Notes under the pieces: model-generated
Seen by the model: the letters and a program-made list of their open reading frames with translations, nothing else
Databases searched by the model: none
Told to the model about the DNA's origin: nothing
NCBI GenBank assembly: GCA_964016885.1
Contig: OZ024740.1
Coordinates: forward strand, 328,910,001 to 328,974,000
Direction of reading: 5' to 3'
Length of the DNA stretch: 64,000 bases
From: Eledone cirrhosa
Taxonomy: Eukaryota
Shown: piece after piece, positions 52,564 through 64,000 of the stretch
Layout: every line of letters begins with the position of its first letter
How positions within the stretch are numbered: position 1 is the stretch's first letter
Position numbers and translations under genes: made by a program

Positions 52564-53470
52564 TCTCTTTCTCTCCCTTTTTCTCGATGATATAATGTAA
52601 AGAAAAATAATATACAAAACCACCTAACAGCGTATAATAAGTGATTGAATCCCGATCTCTAGGTGTAGCATTATCGACCCAACTTCCACAAGTTTATCGC
52701 CACCCACATCAGTAGAACCCACTGTCGTCTCGGGTCTCTGAACTACCTGCCTGCTTACTGCGATAATGGTGGTGTTGGCCATCTGCAAGAACGAGTCCTG
52801 ACACTTTCAGCACATCTACCTAACTATCCAACTGTGTTACGTATCTGCGATACACTCCGCCGGGACTATGAAGCAACATCTATCTGATATTTTTCAATTA
52901 ACGTAGACAATATAGATTAGTATAATATCTTATAGTATAGCATGATGTCTTATACAATACTGAGAATTCTTCATCCTAGGAATATTTACAAAGCTTGTTT
53001 AAACATATGTAATTTATTGCTACATCAGATATTTCTTTTCATACCCATACAGGGAAATGTCTACGAGGTAAGCGTGAAATAGACTTTGATATTTAACAAT
53101 ACATACTATTATGAAATATAATAATATAAGAAGCAAATAAAATAGCGTGTATTTGAAATGCTTTGTAATAGACGAGAATAATAAAATGTACTAAGTCCAT
53201 TCAGCTCTTTCGATGGGATAAATATATTTAGATAATCCTCTAGTGTATTTGCCGATATCGCTTTCTTTGATAAGGTACACATATTCTGCTTCTATATAGG
53301 TATTTCAGAAACTGATTTTCATTCCTTTAATTAATTTCTCATTTTTCTTTCAGCGTCCATAATTTCTCCCGGGAGAATAATATACAGGAGCCATTAACGA
53401 ATTTTACGTTTCTCGGGATCTTACACGACAAGTGCTGCTGCTACTACTACTACTACTCTCCTCCTCCACG

Positions 53471-53629
53471 TTCTTCTTCTTCTTCTTCTTCTTCTTCTTC
53501 TTCTTCTTCTTCTTCTTCTTCTTCTTCTTCTTCTTCTTCTTCTTCTTCTTCTTCTTCTTCTTCTTCTTCTTCTTCTTCTTCTTCTTCTTCTTCTTCTTCT
53601 TCTTCTTCTTCTTCTTCTTCTTCTTCTTC
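53471..53629. repeat. (TTC)n microsatellite
   Basis: Direct reading. Confidence 0.95.
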
Positions 53630-55249
53630 GTTATTCGGTTAGCTTTAGCAGACGGATAGATGTAGAGAAATATAGAGTAGAACAAAGTGTGGCAACAAAG
53701 CTACTATTTACTTTCTGACAGACTGCAGTAAATGTGCGCTATTTGGCCTTAAGCATATGTGCACGAGTTTTCGGCGGACTTTCGATTTACGCTTTTTAGT
53801 GCTGCGAAAGGCCGGTCTCAGTATACAATATCGGAAACCAATATCGGAAAACAATGTTTGCATTCTAAACAGGGTTACTGAAAGTTATGAGTGACGATGA
53901 CCTCTGATGGAGAATATGGCAACACGTATGGTATCGGAAACCTTTGACGTAAAGCTCAGTGCCGAGACAAGCCAATGGGCTTGCAGCCCGGCACTGGACC
54001 CACGGTCCCATTAATATGCTCCCAGTCTGATGCGGACAGCATATCTAGGTAGACAAGAATTACGGAGAGGCTAAGAACAGGATGGACAGTCTCATTAAAA
54101 GATGCATTGAGAAAAATCTGTCCCTAAATCTTGGAGATAAAATGGTTATCGTCAAAATCGCCTCCGTGATACACTTCCACCAGACCATCATACAAGGTCC
54201 TAAAAAGGAACCGGCCACACTGGAGCCGATGTCTATCGAGTTCTTAGAAGAACAATGTTCTGCTTGTTACGAAATCTTTTTTTTTGCATCACCCACTTTG
54301 AGGTGATTTCGGGATGCCCTGATGATGTGCAGACACACGCTACAGATGATATGGCTAATGTACCAGTAGAATTATGTTGACCTATGCAACAAAGGTGAAG
54401 AATAACCACTGGGGCCTTTTTTGCGACAACGTCTTTTCAGAAATCGCCTGCTTAACCAAGGTATAGTCCTGACTCAAGGGTAGACCAAAGTTGAGCCCCT
54501 GATATCTGAAGGCTCTCTCTGGTGCGATCGGCAGATGAAAAACAACAGTTGCTTTCTAAAGAGGGTTAGTGAAAGTTATGAGTGACGGTGGCCTGGGAGC
54601 GATTAGGAGCATCGACGAGGAGAGCCTCAGTAAACTCCAATAGAGTATTTTCAAGTCGGAGACTATGGACAATATCCACAATTCCTTGGTGGGGGTGAGT
54701 CTACCTGCTAGTGACAAGTTCCACAGCTACGGATTACAAACAATCGATCCTGAACGAGATGCGCACTGAATGATGAAACCATCTGCGTTGAAGACTTATA
54801 AGCTCATTTCGAAACGATGCTCTGAAATGTTGGAGAGATACAAGTATAGTGAAATTCGTACTAGCAGGGAAGGATGGTAATATTCTCTATGGTGTATAAG
54901 CCTAAAGCCTTTGCGGAGAGGGATCTTCCTTTGCACCCAACCTTATATCGACCAGTTGAAGTATTACATGAAAGTGAAGGTGATACTGAAAAGGGAAGTG
55001 CTGGCGTCTAGTATGTTTCATGAATGCTGGATGGGAGACGTAAGTCTAACGTGTTAGAATAGGCTTACTCTAAATATGTTTTACATATACAGGAAGAAAT
55101 ACATCGGAAGAGGCTCTTTCTTTGCCGTTGGTGCGATATAGTAATTCAGGATATTGTAACGGTTTTCCTGGGAATACCCCTAGGTGGTCTTCCCCTCTTA
55201 AACGAAGCACATATCAAGTATTTAAGCACATGGGGTGAGGCGGGCTCAG

Positions 55250-55437
55250 GCACCATGTTTTGCACCATAGAGTTTAGGCCCTTTACATCAATCTGAGTTC
55301 AAATCCCGCCGAAGTTAGCTTTGCATTTCATCCTTACGAGGTCGATAAAATAAAGTATCAGTAACGCACTGGGGTAGATTTAATTGACCCCCACTTCTTC
55401 AAATTGCTGGCCTTGTGCTTAAATCGGAAATCATTAT
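55250..55437 (+). mobile_element. tRNA-derived SINE
   Basis: gagttcaaatcccgccgaagttagctttgcatttcatccttacgaggtcgataaaat. Confidence 0.8.
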
Positions 55438-55975
55438 TTTGCAATATTTTGCCATAATAACTTCACAATAAAAGTCATGTTCTGTAGACATATGGAATTA
55501 CTCCAGAGAAACAATTGCTTCTATAAAATGCTTCATCAACAGATATTGTTTGGAAATTGCCAATATCAATTATATGTCCACAGACAAACTGACAGTAAAT
55601 CTACAAAAACGTTTGTGTATCGTTCAAGTTGTAATTACTTCTAATTGAATGGCGAAGATATTTCAATCAAGAAATATATTTATATTATCTAAGGCAGTGT
55701 AAATTTTGAGCTTTTTAGTTTGATGTTACATGGCAATTATATTTACTATATATTGATATACTAATTATGTAAACAATATTGCAAATTTTATAAAACAAAT
55801 TGATGTTAGGCTTTTATGCCAACATTCAATGCAGATGATAACATTTTATTGGAGAACTGCATTGTCATATGCTCAGAAAAATAATGTTCCTAAGAGTGCA
55901 ACAGAAATTCTAATCAATCTTATATACATACATACATATATATATATGGATTTTAGTCTTCGAATTTATTATTAT

Positions 55976-56010
<35 letters not shown>

Positions 56011-56149
56011 ATAGTTAAACAAGATTCAATGAGTATATCAAAGAATGAGTTTTACAATAGAATGGAAGCACTCTACAGAAAAACATTTTCCAGAGTTATT
56101 AATATTAATTCCAAATATTAACAAAATAGATATTCTTGTGATCAATTAT

Positions 56150-56214
56150 ATTTTATTATACATATTTCAGAGGTACTGAATTAAGTTCAACAGTACGTCC
56201 TCATCAGATAAAAT
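56150..56214 (-). ncRNA. Type I hammerhead ribozyme at the end of a solo PLE 3' UTR-like segment (~56010-56960)
   Basis: Minus strand: attttat CTGATGA gga-c-gtactg...cagtac-c-tct GAAA tatgta TA ataaaat. Confidence 0.85.
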
Positions 56215-57207
56215 AAAATGATACATGACATACCCTGACATAGTAGATGGTTAAGATTTAATCAAGGTAGTGATTAACTTATGAGAAAACTCAATATTTA
56301 TACCTTAATATTGAGAACATGAGAAAACGTAATACAATCAATAGAGAGAGAGTGTGAGTAATATATTTTAAGAAATACATGGCATCAATGTAACAGTTAT
56401 AGAATTTTTAATATTTAAAAAACTACTAGAGAAATATGCGGGAGAGGAAAGCATAGAGGACGACGTGTTATAACTTATTTAGTATTTAGCTTGAGAAGAC
56501 AAATGAAAGATAAATAAAGAGAGAGAGAGACAAAGGGGAGTAATTTATGCTCAAGTTTCTACATACACATATTCATATAGAGTTGGCGGTTAATTTTCAA
56601 AATATTTAATTTATGTTATTTCAAGGTAAAGAATCAAATTTTAGGTTTTAAAAGTTGATGGGTATTTGTATTAATATTATAATATAATTATGTTAAATTT
56701 CTAAAATTCAAATTTTATGAAGACAAATTTAAAGGATTTAGGAAACCCGCGAAAGAAAGAAAATATACATATAATGTTCGATATCCCCACAAAGGTAATC
56801 TTTACCAAAATTACTTATAATATTGACAACAGTTTCTATAATATAATTTATGAGATATTTACTATTATAACTATTAAATAATTTATTGTTAACTAGTTAG
56901 AGTGCCTAAAGTATAAATAGGTCTTATAATTAAACTTAAAGAAGTCAGAGTTTTCAGCTATATATATGTGTGTATTGATCATAAAATATCAATTTACGAC
57001 GAAATCTCCTTATATAAACACACACACGCACATATATATATATATATTAGAATTGGAGCTCTGAAATAGCAATATATATATGGATGTATATATAATGTAT
57101 TTTGCAATACACTTTATGCTTAATTAAAAGCATTTTGAAGACCGTAAGCTATTGTTTTAAAGTAGTGACAAATTCACTCACTTTGATCTCAGCAAACAGG
57201 GGAGATA

Positions 57208-57251
57208 AGCCGACAAGACTTGTTTCGCTTTGGTTGAAGCTTATCAAGGCC
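57208..57251 (-). ncRNA. Variant type I hammerhead (U3-A8 core)
   Basis: Minus strand: ggcc TTGATAA gctt caacca aagc GAAA caagtcttg TC ggct. Confidence 0.85.
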
Positions 57252-57431
57252 AACTACCCCACCTGTTTGCTGAGATCATTGATGTTATATTCTTATAGAA
57301 ATCTAGCATTTTGACAACCGCTCTGCATAATCAGCATTTTGACAACCGCTCTGCATAATCAGCTCCTGATTATTTACTAGATTTCTATAAGAATATAACA
57401 TCAATGAACTCAGAAAACAGGTGGGGTAGTT

Positions 57432-57475
57432 GGCCTTGATAAGCTTCAACCAAAGCGAAACAAGTCTTGTCGTCT
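57432..57475 (+). ncRNA. Variant type I hammerhead (U3-A8 core)
   Basis: ggcc TTGATAA gctt caacca aagc GAAA caagtcttg TC gtct. Confidence 0.8.
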
Positions 57476-57588
57476 TATCTCCCCTGTTTGCTGAGATCAA
57501 AGTGAGTAAATTTGTCACTACTTTAAAGCAATAGCTTACGGTCTTCAAAATGCTTTTAATTAAGCATAAAGTGTATTGCAAAATACAT

Positions 57589-57638
<50 letters not shown>

Positions 57639-58147
57639 TATATGTGTGTGCGTGTGTCTCTATGTGTGTGTGTGTTTGAGTATGTATGTGTGAGCATGTG
57701 TGTGTGTCGGCTTAACTATGTTATTATGTCTCCAATTATATTATGTTGAATATAGTTATAGTAATTGGGAAAGTATATTTCTTTCTTTTATTTTATATAG
57801 TAATTCTTGAAAAGTTTCGTCGATTATATGTTTCCGATCTGTCTATGACTTATTCACTACAGAAATGACGGTGACAATGTAAAGGAATTGTGTAACCTGA
57901 TGCAAACCACTATATTAAGGGAAATATGTTCTTGATATTTAATTTTAGTTATGTACAGCTGCAAAAATATATTATATACGTGCATACATACATAATATTC
58001 ACCCACCATCCATACATGCATGCATACATACATACACTATTTTTGCATGTCAGAACTCCATATATATTGTTGATGTCTAAATTCCCATGAAAACGCAATG
58101 CGTCTATTTTAGAAACCGGCTCGCTCTCTATGGGTAAAAATCTATAA

Positions 58148-58337
58148 AATAATTGTTTCTAACTTTGGCACAAGGCCAGCAATTATCCAGTGCATTACTG
58201 GTACTTATTTTATCGATCCCGTAAGGATGAAAGGTAAAGTTAACCTCAGCGGGATTTGAACTCAGACCATAAAGGGCAGTAACACTTTGCTGCAAAGCAT
58301 GGGGTCCGACCCTCTATCCATACTGCCACTCCACCGC
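58148..58337 (-). mobile_element. tRNA-derived SINE inserted into a LINE 3' tail
   Basis: Family motifs; interrupts sequence homologous to 59159-59270. Confidence 0.85.
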
Positions 58338-58394
58338 AAAATAATGAAACCAGAACATACATACATACATGCATACATAAGAAACCAGAAAATC

Positions 58395-59297
58395 AACACA
58401 AAATAGCTGATTCACAAAGAGAGAGGGATGCAGGCAAAATACCTAGATGTGACAACAAGTGCATCGAAGTTGTCACCCATGTCATCAGCAGCTGTCCAAA
58501 GTTGTCATCGCGGTACTATCTACCTATGAGGTATGATGTAGTGGCCAAAACACTGTACAATGCAATCTGTAGCAAAGATTGTCCCGACAATAAACAATGT
58601 AGAAGACATATATATACATAATATGAAAGAGTGCCGGTGGAATGTTCCAGTAAAAACCCCAATAAAATGCAGGCATAACAGACCAGATATAATGATATGG
58701 GACAGGGAAAAGAAGGCATGCACCGTAGTGGAAGTTAGCTGTCCAGCAGATGCCAATATAATATCAAAGATTAGCGAAAAGGAGAATATCTATGCAGAAC
58801 TAATGAGAAATATGCAGATACTCAACTCTGACTATACCTTCAGATTTATGCCTGTGATTGTTGGGGCACTGGGATATGTTAGTAACTGCCTCAATACAAA
58901 TCTTGAGAAGCTGAACTTCACAGAAATAGGAAGAACACGACTAGTTAGGAAATTACAAGTACAATCCATTAATAGAACAGTAAAAATATGTAAGACATTC
59001 GAAACAATTCTGCATCTAATAACTGCATATACACATGTACATATACAAAATATATGCACATGCACACATACAACTAAAAAACTACACATCGACACATGCA
59101 ATAACATCCATACGTGCACACATATGCATGCATGCAGACATGCATACATATCTACCTAGTTGATGTGTAAATTCCAATGAGAGAGATTTGTATTTATGTT
59201 AGAGACCGCATCTCTCTCTCTCTCTATTGGCAAACATTTCTGAAATTATAAAACCAGAAGAACATACATATATACATACATGCATACATACATACAT
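58395..59297 (+). pseudogene. 3' end of an R4/Dong-like non-LTR retrotransposon (zinc knuckle + restriction-like endonuclease + 3' UTR)
   Basis: EVVTHVISSCPKL..YLPMRYD.VAK, then WNVPVKT..CRHNRPDIMIWD..VVEVSCP..EKENIY..PVIVGALG; ends in (CATA)n. Confidence 0.85.
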
Positions 59298-59699
59298 GAA
59301 GATGGCTGCCCCTTCGTTATCGAGTATGGCCATTGCACGATATACCATTATTAATAATTATTAATTAATTCAATCGTGCAATGCTTGTGCGAGAAGATTT
59401 TTTAAAGTGAGGAAAGACTGTGTACTGAGCTAATCCCACTCTCTGAGCGATCGTAGCTATAACCCAAAAAGAAGAAAAGATCAACATCATCGGTAACTAC
59501 TATTAAAAAATAGAAATCGCCATCTGAAAAGTGATATTGATATAGGCAAAATCTTAAAATGGGTTGAAACACCTTTTGAATATCGTATCATATTCCTTCG
59601 AAATGATTTACTAACGACTATGTAACGAAGTATATCCATTGTTCAGCCATGCATCCGTAAGTCAAATAACCACACACCAGTGGGAAATGCGCTCTTTAG

Positions 59700-60540
59700 G
59701 AATGTATTGCCTCACTGATGACAAATGATACACACCTACAGAATTTCATTGCTCTACTCAACCTATTTAAGGAAAAGCTGACAGCTTATCAACAGAAGAC
59801 CATGCATATCAATGCTATCAGAAAAGCTGAAAGTGATGGTAACACAGATAAACCAAGTAATCCGCCTTAAATCAACACATTTTATATTAACTTTTCCTCC
59901 AATCTAGGAAAAGGAAATAACAAAATCAAAATACTTGATGCATAAAATTGATAGGGATACATGTAAAGAGACATTGATATGATAACAGATGCATCCTCAT
60001 AGGGATGCCAAATATATACATTACAAGCAGTTCCTTGAAAATGTCATCATGATACTATCTTATAAGGCATAGTGTGGTTGCAAAAATACTTTGTACAATG
60101 CAATCCGTATAAATGTTAACCACGAAATAAAAAGAAAGAACAAATTACAGTTATGCAAAGGCCACAGAAATATTGGTGGAATGTTCCAATTGTCACAGCC
60201 TCAAAATAATAGATCGAAAATCAGGTCTGAGACGAATGAAACAAAGGGTTTATAATCTGAAAAGAAATATTTGTACAGAAAATGTTAGATATAAGGAAAA
60301 AGAAAACATCTATGCCGAGTTCATAAAAAAAAAACTTTTCACGTACTCCATTTGGTTTATAGCTTTAAATTTATGCCGATATATATTGGAGCACTTGGAT
60401 CTGTCACTAACATTACATTTGAGAAACTGGGCTTCACAAAAACTTGAAATAATACAATTAATTATGAAAATAAATTTACAAGCCATTAATGAAATTGCAG
60501 AAATATGTAAAACGTTCCTGAAATTTAACCACTAGTAATT
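59700..60540 (+). pseudogene. Older decayed copy of the same R4-like family
   Basis: aaggcatagtgtggttgcaaaaatactttgtacaatgcaatc and KEKENIYAE...EICKTFL match 58530-59000. Confidence 0.6.
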
Positions 60541-60808
60541 ACATATATAAACGCGAAGACATGTAAACATACTTATGTCGAGTTTCCTAGATCCAATGAA
60601 CAGTACTCTTTCCGTTTGACTCGATCTAGCATTAGCACTCCAATATCCGTTAAAATTCCTCTCATGTCAGCATATAGCATAACCAGATTCGTTGTCGAGA
60701 GACGACCTCTACTTTTATGACCGTGCATAGGCTTCCATAAAAGGACACCGCCAATCTAAACATCTAATATCATCCATCATTGAGGTACATGCATACACAA
60801 AACATGCG

Positions 60809-60889
<81 letters not shown>

Positions 60890-62479
60890 CACACACACAC
60901 ACACACATACACCCACACACCCACACCCACACACCCACACACACGCACACACAAACATTATACATATGATATGGCTGTGCCCTCCATGCCGTCGAAAAGT
61001 ACCACTAACTTGGTAAATTTTGGATGTAACAGTGTTACTTTAAGATTGTTAGTCTCTTACATGTCATTGGGCGGACCTAAAAGCAAAACTGCGTATGTAG
61101 ATTTTTACGCAGAAGTATATTCTGATATATAGTACTCTGCCTTTTCAAGCCACAAATAGTTTTGCGAAATTTCTCGCATTCATTGCATGGTTCTCAATGA
61201 TTTAGACGTACATTTGCATAGATAAATATATATATATATATACATACAAATATTAATAAATTTAAATATGAATACATATATATATACATGCATACATCTA
61301 TACATATATCACACATACATATATATTTAGTACACGTGTATTTGTGTATGTGTATGTGCGTGAGTGTAAGGTGTATGAACATATATGCTTATATAAATAT
61401 AAGGATGATGGTTCCTAATGTAAGTATCCACTCACCGATGTTTGTCCAGGGTTTGTTGTTTCTGGGTATTGCATTCTTAATTATTCAATAATGCGGGAAG
61501 TAATATTGGCGAAGCTATAGCCCATTCTCTTTTAACCATGCCATCTTATGTGTGTTGCTTGCTGAGGCGTAGTTATTGCAAAGAAGCCACATGAAATGCA
61601 TGCACCGTTTGTTACAACTGATCTTTAAGCAAGGTTCAATTCTGCATTCATCCGTATTGAAATCTAAAACATTCCTTCATCAATCTGTTGTTCCTTGTTT
61701 CGCACACTGAGTCATGCGCCCACACATGCACATCGAACACATGGTTTAAGAGAAGCACACATTCATGGAAGCTTACATATCACATATTAACTTTGGCAAA
61801 ATATGATATTGACGTACAAATATTTAAGATAGAAAAACGCTATTTTTATTATGATATGCTTATACATTAGATTACAGTTTATAAGCACACATAAATAATA
61901 CCTACATACATAAATACATACGCACACACTCATACACACACATATATAACGCACACACACACACATATCTCATTAGAGCTGCTCTGCTAGAAAGTGATCC
62001 AGGTGGCGGATAGCGATACCGCTACCAGATATAATCTTTAGTTGCGATATACGCGGTTCTTGCCACGTGAAAATATATCAAATTACTAGGGGAGAGGGAG
62101 AGGGAGCAATGGGTGGCACTGTGAGCTCCCAAGAAAACTCTCATAACCCAGTGAGGTAGCTAATATTCGGGAGTCTGAGAAAAGTACGAAATTGGTGACT
62201 GGTGCGAATGAGACCACCAACACACCGCAATATGTGTGTAAACTGTAAAGGCATTCCTACTGCATAGTTTTCACAGGGGATAGAAAGGGACGCATTAGGT
62301 AGAGGAACCTGTTCGAAACACATATTGCAGTCTCTATCCAACGCTGTAAGAAATGACGATGGCCTAAGACCTGTCATGGGAGACATGGGATGGAAGCACA
62401 AAGGTTACGTATACTGAGAACTCAGAGATGGTCCAGAAAGGCAAACTCTTCGACAATTGGTAATTGTTGCTAGTGTCTT

Positions 62480-63080
62480 TAATCCGGCATTGATCTCTGG
62501 TATCTTTATTCCGACATTGATCCCTAGTGTTTATAACTCGGTACTGATTATTATTATTTTTAAACCGGCATTCATCGTTATTTTTTAATCTGGCACAGAC
62601 CATTATTTTTTTAAATCCGGCACTGACCATTTCTATTTTTAATCCGCCACTGACCTTTATTATTTTAAACCATCCACTGATAATTATTTTTAAATCGGGA
62701 GTTAACATTACTATTTTTAATCCGGCGCAATCATTTCTGCTTTTAATCCGCCACTTATTATTTTTAACCCGGCACTTATCTTTATTATGTTTAATCCGGC
62801 ACTAATCATTAGTGTTTTTAATCCAACATTCAAACTTATTATTTTTAACCCGGCACTATTCCGGAACTGACAAATATTATTTTTAATCCGGCACTTATCC
62901 TTATTATTTTTAATTGATTATTAGTGTGTTTAATCCGAAACTTAAATTTACTATTTTAATCCGACATTAATTACTAGTGCTTTTTAACCAGGCACTGAAA
63001 CTTATTATTTTAAATCCGGCACTAATCCATAGTGTTTTTAATCCGGTACCAACCCTTATTATTTTTAACCCGGCACTAAT
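62480..63080. repeat. Degenerate ~25-bp minisatellite (ttatttttaatccggcactgac-like)
   Basis: More than 20 recurrences of (t)aatccggcac / aacccggcac. Confidence 0.85.
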
Positions 63081-63494
63081 TTTGGGGTAATATTATCCAC
63101 CAGCAATAGGAAGTAAGTTATTTAATTTCAATAAATATCTGTTATATATTGATTGATAAGAGTTTATAATGTCTAAGTGGCCTTGCAATGGTAGTTATAC
63201 GGTGGGTTTTTTCTGAAAAGGTGTGTTATGAGTTTAGGAGTGGTTTATATAACACTCCGAACCGGGACAAAATGTGATCGATGATGATTAGTACAAGATG
63301 TCGGGAATCTTTGTTATATAGGATATTTTAAAATTCAATCAATACTTTCATGAATGAAATAAGCAAGAAATCTTTATGACTATGAAACTTTTGAAGGCTG
63401 GAAGGAAAGTGTCAGTCGTATTGTAGGGTATTAACGTTGGATTTGTTTTTTGATAAAGTTGAATTTGGAGGGTATTTGATTGGCTTTCATGTCC

Positions 63495-64000
63495 TACTAG
63501 CCTCAAAGTGCCATATTTTCCCACACTATCTCCCCAATGCCATACTGCGACATCCTAGCTGGAAGGGTCATAGTGCGGCACCCTAGCTCCAAAGTGACAT
63601 ATTTCCCCACATTATCTCCCTTAAGGGGTGACACTAGCTCCATATTTCCATACTGTGTCACGGAAGCTACCTAGTTCCAATGTGTGCCATCCTAGTACTA
63701 CTGTGCCATAGTGCGACACTCTAGCTCCGAAGTGCAATATTTTGCCACCCTATCTCCCCATTGCCATACTACGACATCCTAGTTTCATATTTCCATACTG
63801 TCACTGAAACCTCACGCTCCCATTGTGTGCCACCCTTGTCCCGCAGTGATGTAGTACGGTACCCTACCTCCTAAATGCAGTAATATTCCAACTTATCTCC
63901 CCATTGCCATACTGCGACATCCTAACCACCCACTTCCATAATGTGCCACCCTTGACCCGCAGTGCCATAGTGCGGCACCTTAGCTTGAAAGTGCCGTATT
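63495..64000. repeat. Degenerate tandem repeat running off the window
   Basis: Recurring tatctcccca.tgccatactgcgacatcctag and atagtgcggcacc.tagctc..aagtg. Confidence 0.75.

Larger units (their letters stand above)
57046..57600. mobile_element. Second foldback of the ~318-nt retrozyme-like family
   Basis: Arms 57046-57306 (-) and 57307-57600 (+); alignable to 39447-40122; 28-bp tandem duplication at the junction. Confidence 0.85.

Noticed and set aside
53630-55100. GC-richer block with repeated gggtta.tgaaagttatgagtgacg
   Set aside because: Probably a decayed repeat, but no family motif was recognised. The same holds for 25090-25340 and 38905-39440.
62480-63080. CRISPR-like regular repeats
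   Set aside because: Eukaryotic context, no unique spacers and no cas genes; it is a degenerate minisatellite.

Overview
AT-rich, microsatellite-dense animal DNA with no recognisable host protein-coding gene. The SINE family and (TA)n/(CA)n load resemble octopus/cephalopod DNA, which is an inference. The window is a graveyard of retroelements: at least 7 Penelope-like element (PLE) copies or fragments (RT + GIY-YIG, apparently several clades), R4/Dong-like, CRE-like and CR1-like LINE remnants, about 10 copies of one tRNA-derived SINE, and a hAT-type MITE. By eye I found about 20 complete or near-complete type I hammerhead ribozyme (HHR) motifs, mostly at PLE 3' ends or in small non-coding foldback elements that abut (TA)n tracts. 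The best candidate for an undescribed system is a ~318-nt non-coding, circularly permuted, retrozyme-like unit (39447-40122 and 57046-57600). It carries a variant hammerhead core (UUGAUAA, U3-A8 instead of C3-G8) with compensatory changes in stems I and II. Other notable points: an HHR family with a conserved C·C mismatch in stem II whose cut site falls inside AAUAAA, HHRs with a large structured stem II insert, a 538-bp permuted unit with no recognisable ribozyme, and repeated head-to-head inverted insertion architecture. All structure calls were made by eye. Element boundaries are approximate and no activity is demonstrated.
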